Source of the DNA: Adineta vaga
Lineage: Eukaryota > Animalia > Rotifera
Direction: 5' to 3'
NCBI GenBank assembly: GCA_021613535.1
Contig: CP075494.1
Location: 124,001 to 188,000, forward strand
Length of the DNA: 64,000 nucleotides
Shown: piece after piece, positions 62,116 through 64,000 of the stretch
Layout: every line of letters begins with the position of its first letter
How positions within the stretch are numbered: position 1 is the stretch's first letter
Notes under the pieces: model-generated
Databases searched by the model: none
What the model saw: only the letters and a program-made list of their open reading frames with translations
What the model was told of the DNA's origin: nothing
Made by a program: the position numbers and the translations under genes

Positions 62116-63335
62116 ATTGGTATTTTAAATATAGATTGTCATCTATGAATTTAAATTGCACAATTATAGGATTGATATGTAATATTGATCATTTTTAAAA
62201 TGTAGTGTGAAATAATATGCAACATATTCTCCGTGATTTTTGAAAATCAACCATATTAATGAGAAAATATCTCTGCAATTGAAATCAATAGTTCTTAAAT
62301 ATTCCATAAAAGTACATAAAACTTGTTTAAATGGAAGTAAATCTCTTAAATATTCTCTTCGACTGTTCATAAACTAAAGCAAAGACTCTCTTCTAATGAT
62401 TTTCGATCTACAACGCTATATCAAAAGGATCACCAAGATCTAGTAAAGTCAGATACCTAATACATTTAATACTATCGAGCACTAACAGTAATCCAAACAA
62501 ACACGTAATCCAAACAAACACAAAATACAAATCCTCAAAATGTGTCATATGAACCTTAAAATCATTCTTTATTGAATGTATTAAAAAATATACGCTGGAG
62601 TAAATGAGTTCTGTATGTTCGCTCATTTAATGTAAAAGAATTAAATCGGCTTACATAATTACCTGGTTTTTTCCTTTCTTTCCTTTGGATTGTGCACAAG
62701 TATATTGAAGATATAATGTATTCAATCTATTTTCTTTTCTGAAGTAACAAAAAATAGTGATACTAAGTCTTTTTCTTCCTACGTCTTATTCATATAGTAA
62801 TACGATGTAATAAATGAACAAACTAAGACTGCGATGAAGATATAGTGATGATTAATTTCAATCTTGAGAGTGTGTGCATTTAAAGTTCTGACGCATATCC
62901 ACGTTTCTTAGAATTCTGAAAACTATCAAAAACAACCACTGGTCAAGACTTAAGATATAAAATTTGTTTACCATAATTATCTATATTATGTAGATTGAAG
63001 CAATTGTCTATCTTAAATGACATGATCCGCGTCATTCTTATTCAATACTCTGATGAAAATAATTCCGCTATAAATAATTGTATCATCATAATATAAACTG
63101 CCGTTTAGAATGTATATGAATTTGATCTCTTTTCAGCAGAGAAAAATAAATCTATTAATAATTTACACTGACATACCTCTGTCATGAAATGTTGTCTTTA
63201 AATGACTCATCCAAAGTGTACGAGAGCGAACAGAAAGTATTTTTACATACGCTCGTTCAGTTTTTTTTCTTCCTATATAAGAATGCGGTGTGTTTCATAG
63301 TGCACAACTATTACAGTAAACAAGACATCGTCAGA

Positions 63336-64000
63336 ATGACAGAGCAAAAACGTGTAATTTTAGTGACTGGAGCAAATAAAGGTATTGGTTTGGAAGTTGT
63401 AAAGAAATTACTTGAACAATCTTCTTTAAATACCAATGATATTATTCTTCTTGGTAGTCGAGATATGAAACGTGGTCAAGATGCAATTCAACAATTAGGT
63501 TCTCCACCAAATGTACATTTATTACAATTGGATACATCATCAAAAGAAAGTATTATTGCTGCTACCAATGAAATTAAACAAAAATATAATGGTCATTTAG
63601 ATATATTAATTAATAATGCTGCAATTGCACCAAGAGAGAATACAATTGAAGCAACACGAACAGCATTTGCAACTAATTATTATGGTATTAAAATGCTTAA
63701 TGAACATTTAATTCCATTAATAGGTAAGAATGGTCGTATTGTTAATGTTGCTAGTACTGTTGGTCAAATGGTAGCATATCTTTTTTCAAAAGAACTTCAA
63801 GAAAAATATACATCACCAACATTAACAACACAAGAACTCGATGGTATTGTTGAAGATTTCCTTTCAGCATTCGAATCTCACAATTCTGAACGTATTGGAT
63901 ATTCTTCTGAAATACCTTTTCCAGCCTATACTATTTCAAAAACTGCATTGATTGCTCTTACTCGAAGTCAAGCACGTAAATATTTTAATGATAAATCTGT
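63336..64000 (+). CDS. Short-chain dehydrogenase/carbonyl reductase-like (runs off the window)
   Basis: MTEQKRVILVTGANKGIG, LINNAA, TNYYG and YTISK (YxxxK). Confidence 0.9.
   Translation, partial: MTEQKRVILVTGANKGIGLEVVKKLLEQSSLNTNDIILLGSRDMKRGQDAIQQLGSPPNVHLLQLDTSSKESIIAATNEIKQKYNGHLDILINNAAIAPRENTIEATRTAFATNYYGIKMLNEHLIPLIGKNGRIVNVASTVGQMVAYLFSKELQEKYTSPTLTTQELDGIVEDFLSAFESHNSERIGYSSEIPFPAYTISKTALIALTRSQARKYFNDKS

Noticed and set aside
61480-62630. Short hydrophobic ORFs that may be gene fragments
   Set aside because: No recognisable motif or consistent exon structure.

Overview
AT-rich eukaryotic DNA, very probably from a bdelloid rotifer. This is inferred from ~45-110 nt GT-AG introns, TGTGGG/TGAGGG telomere-type repeats, and the ART-TPR, F-box/LRR and Athena-type sequences. 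It looks like a TE-rich, subtelomere-like region with many broken genes. From left to right: (1) the 3' end of a minus-strand Penelope-like Athena/Terminon element, with two hammerhead ribozymes joined to telomeric repeats; (2) a 13-kb piggyBac (13-bp TIRs, TTAA TSD) enclosing an intron-containing CACTA/EnSpm-type transposase gene, a BEN-like gene and 91-bp/81-bp tandem arrays; (3) a secreted Cys-rich peptide gene and an F-box/LRR gene; (4) a young env-carrying Ty3/gypsy LTR element inside an ADP-ribosyltransferase-TPR pseudogene; (5) a second ART-TPR gene whose last codons were replaced by a Jockey/I-like LINE; (6) a Kolobok-like MITE next to a P-like MITE that holds a TTAT-targeted piggyBac; (7) an intron-containing bacterial-type TIR pseudogene, a Mortierella-like/COR-LRR gene, a solo LTR fused to telomeric repeats, an EEP hydrolase and an SDR. 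Across the whole window are about 10 short hairpin elements whose inverted arms are telomeric repeats. These are the least explained signal. All family assignments come from motif recognition, not database searches.
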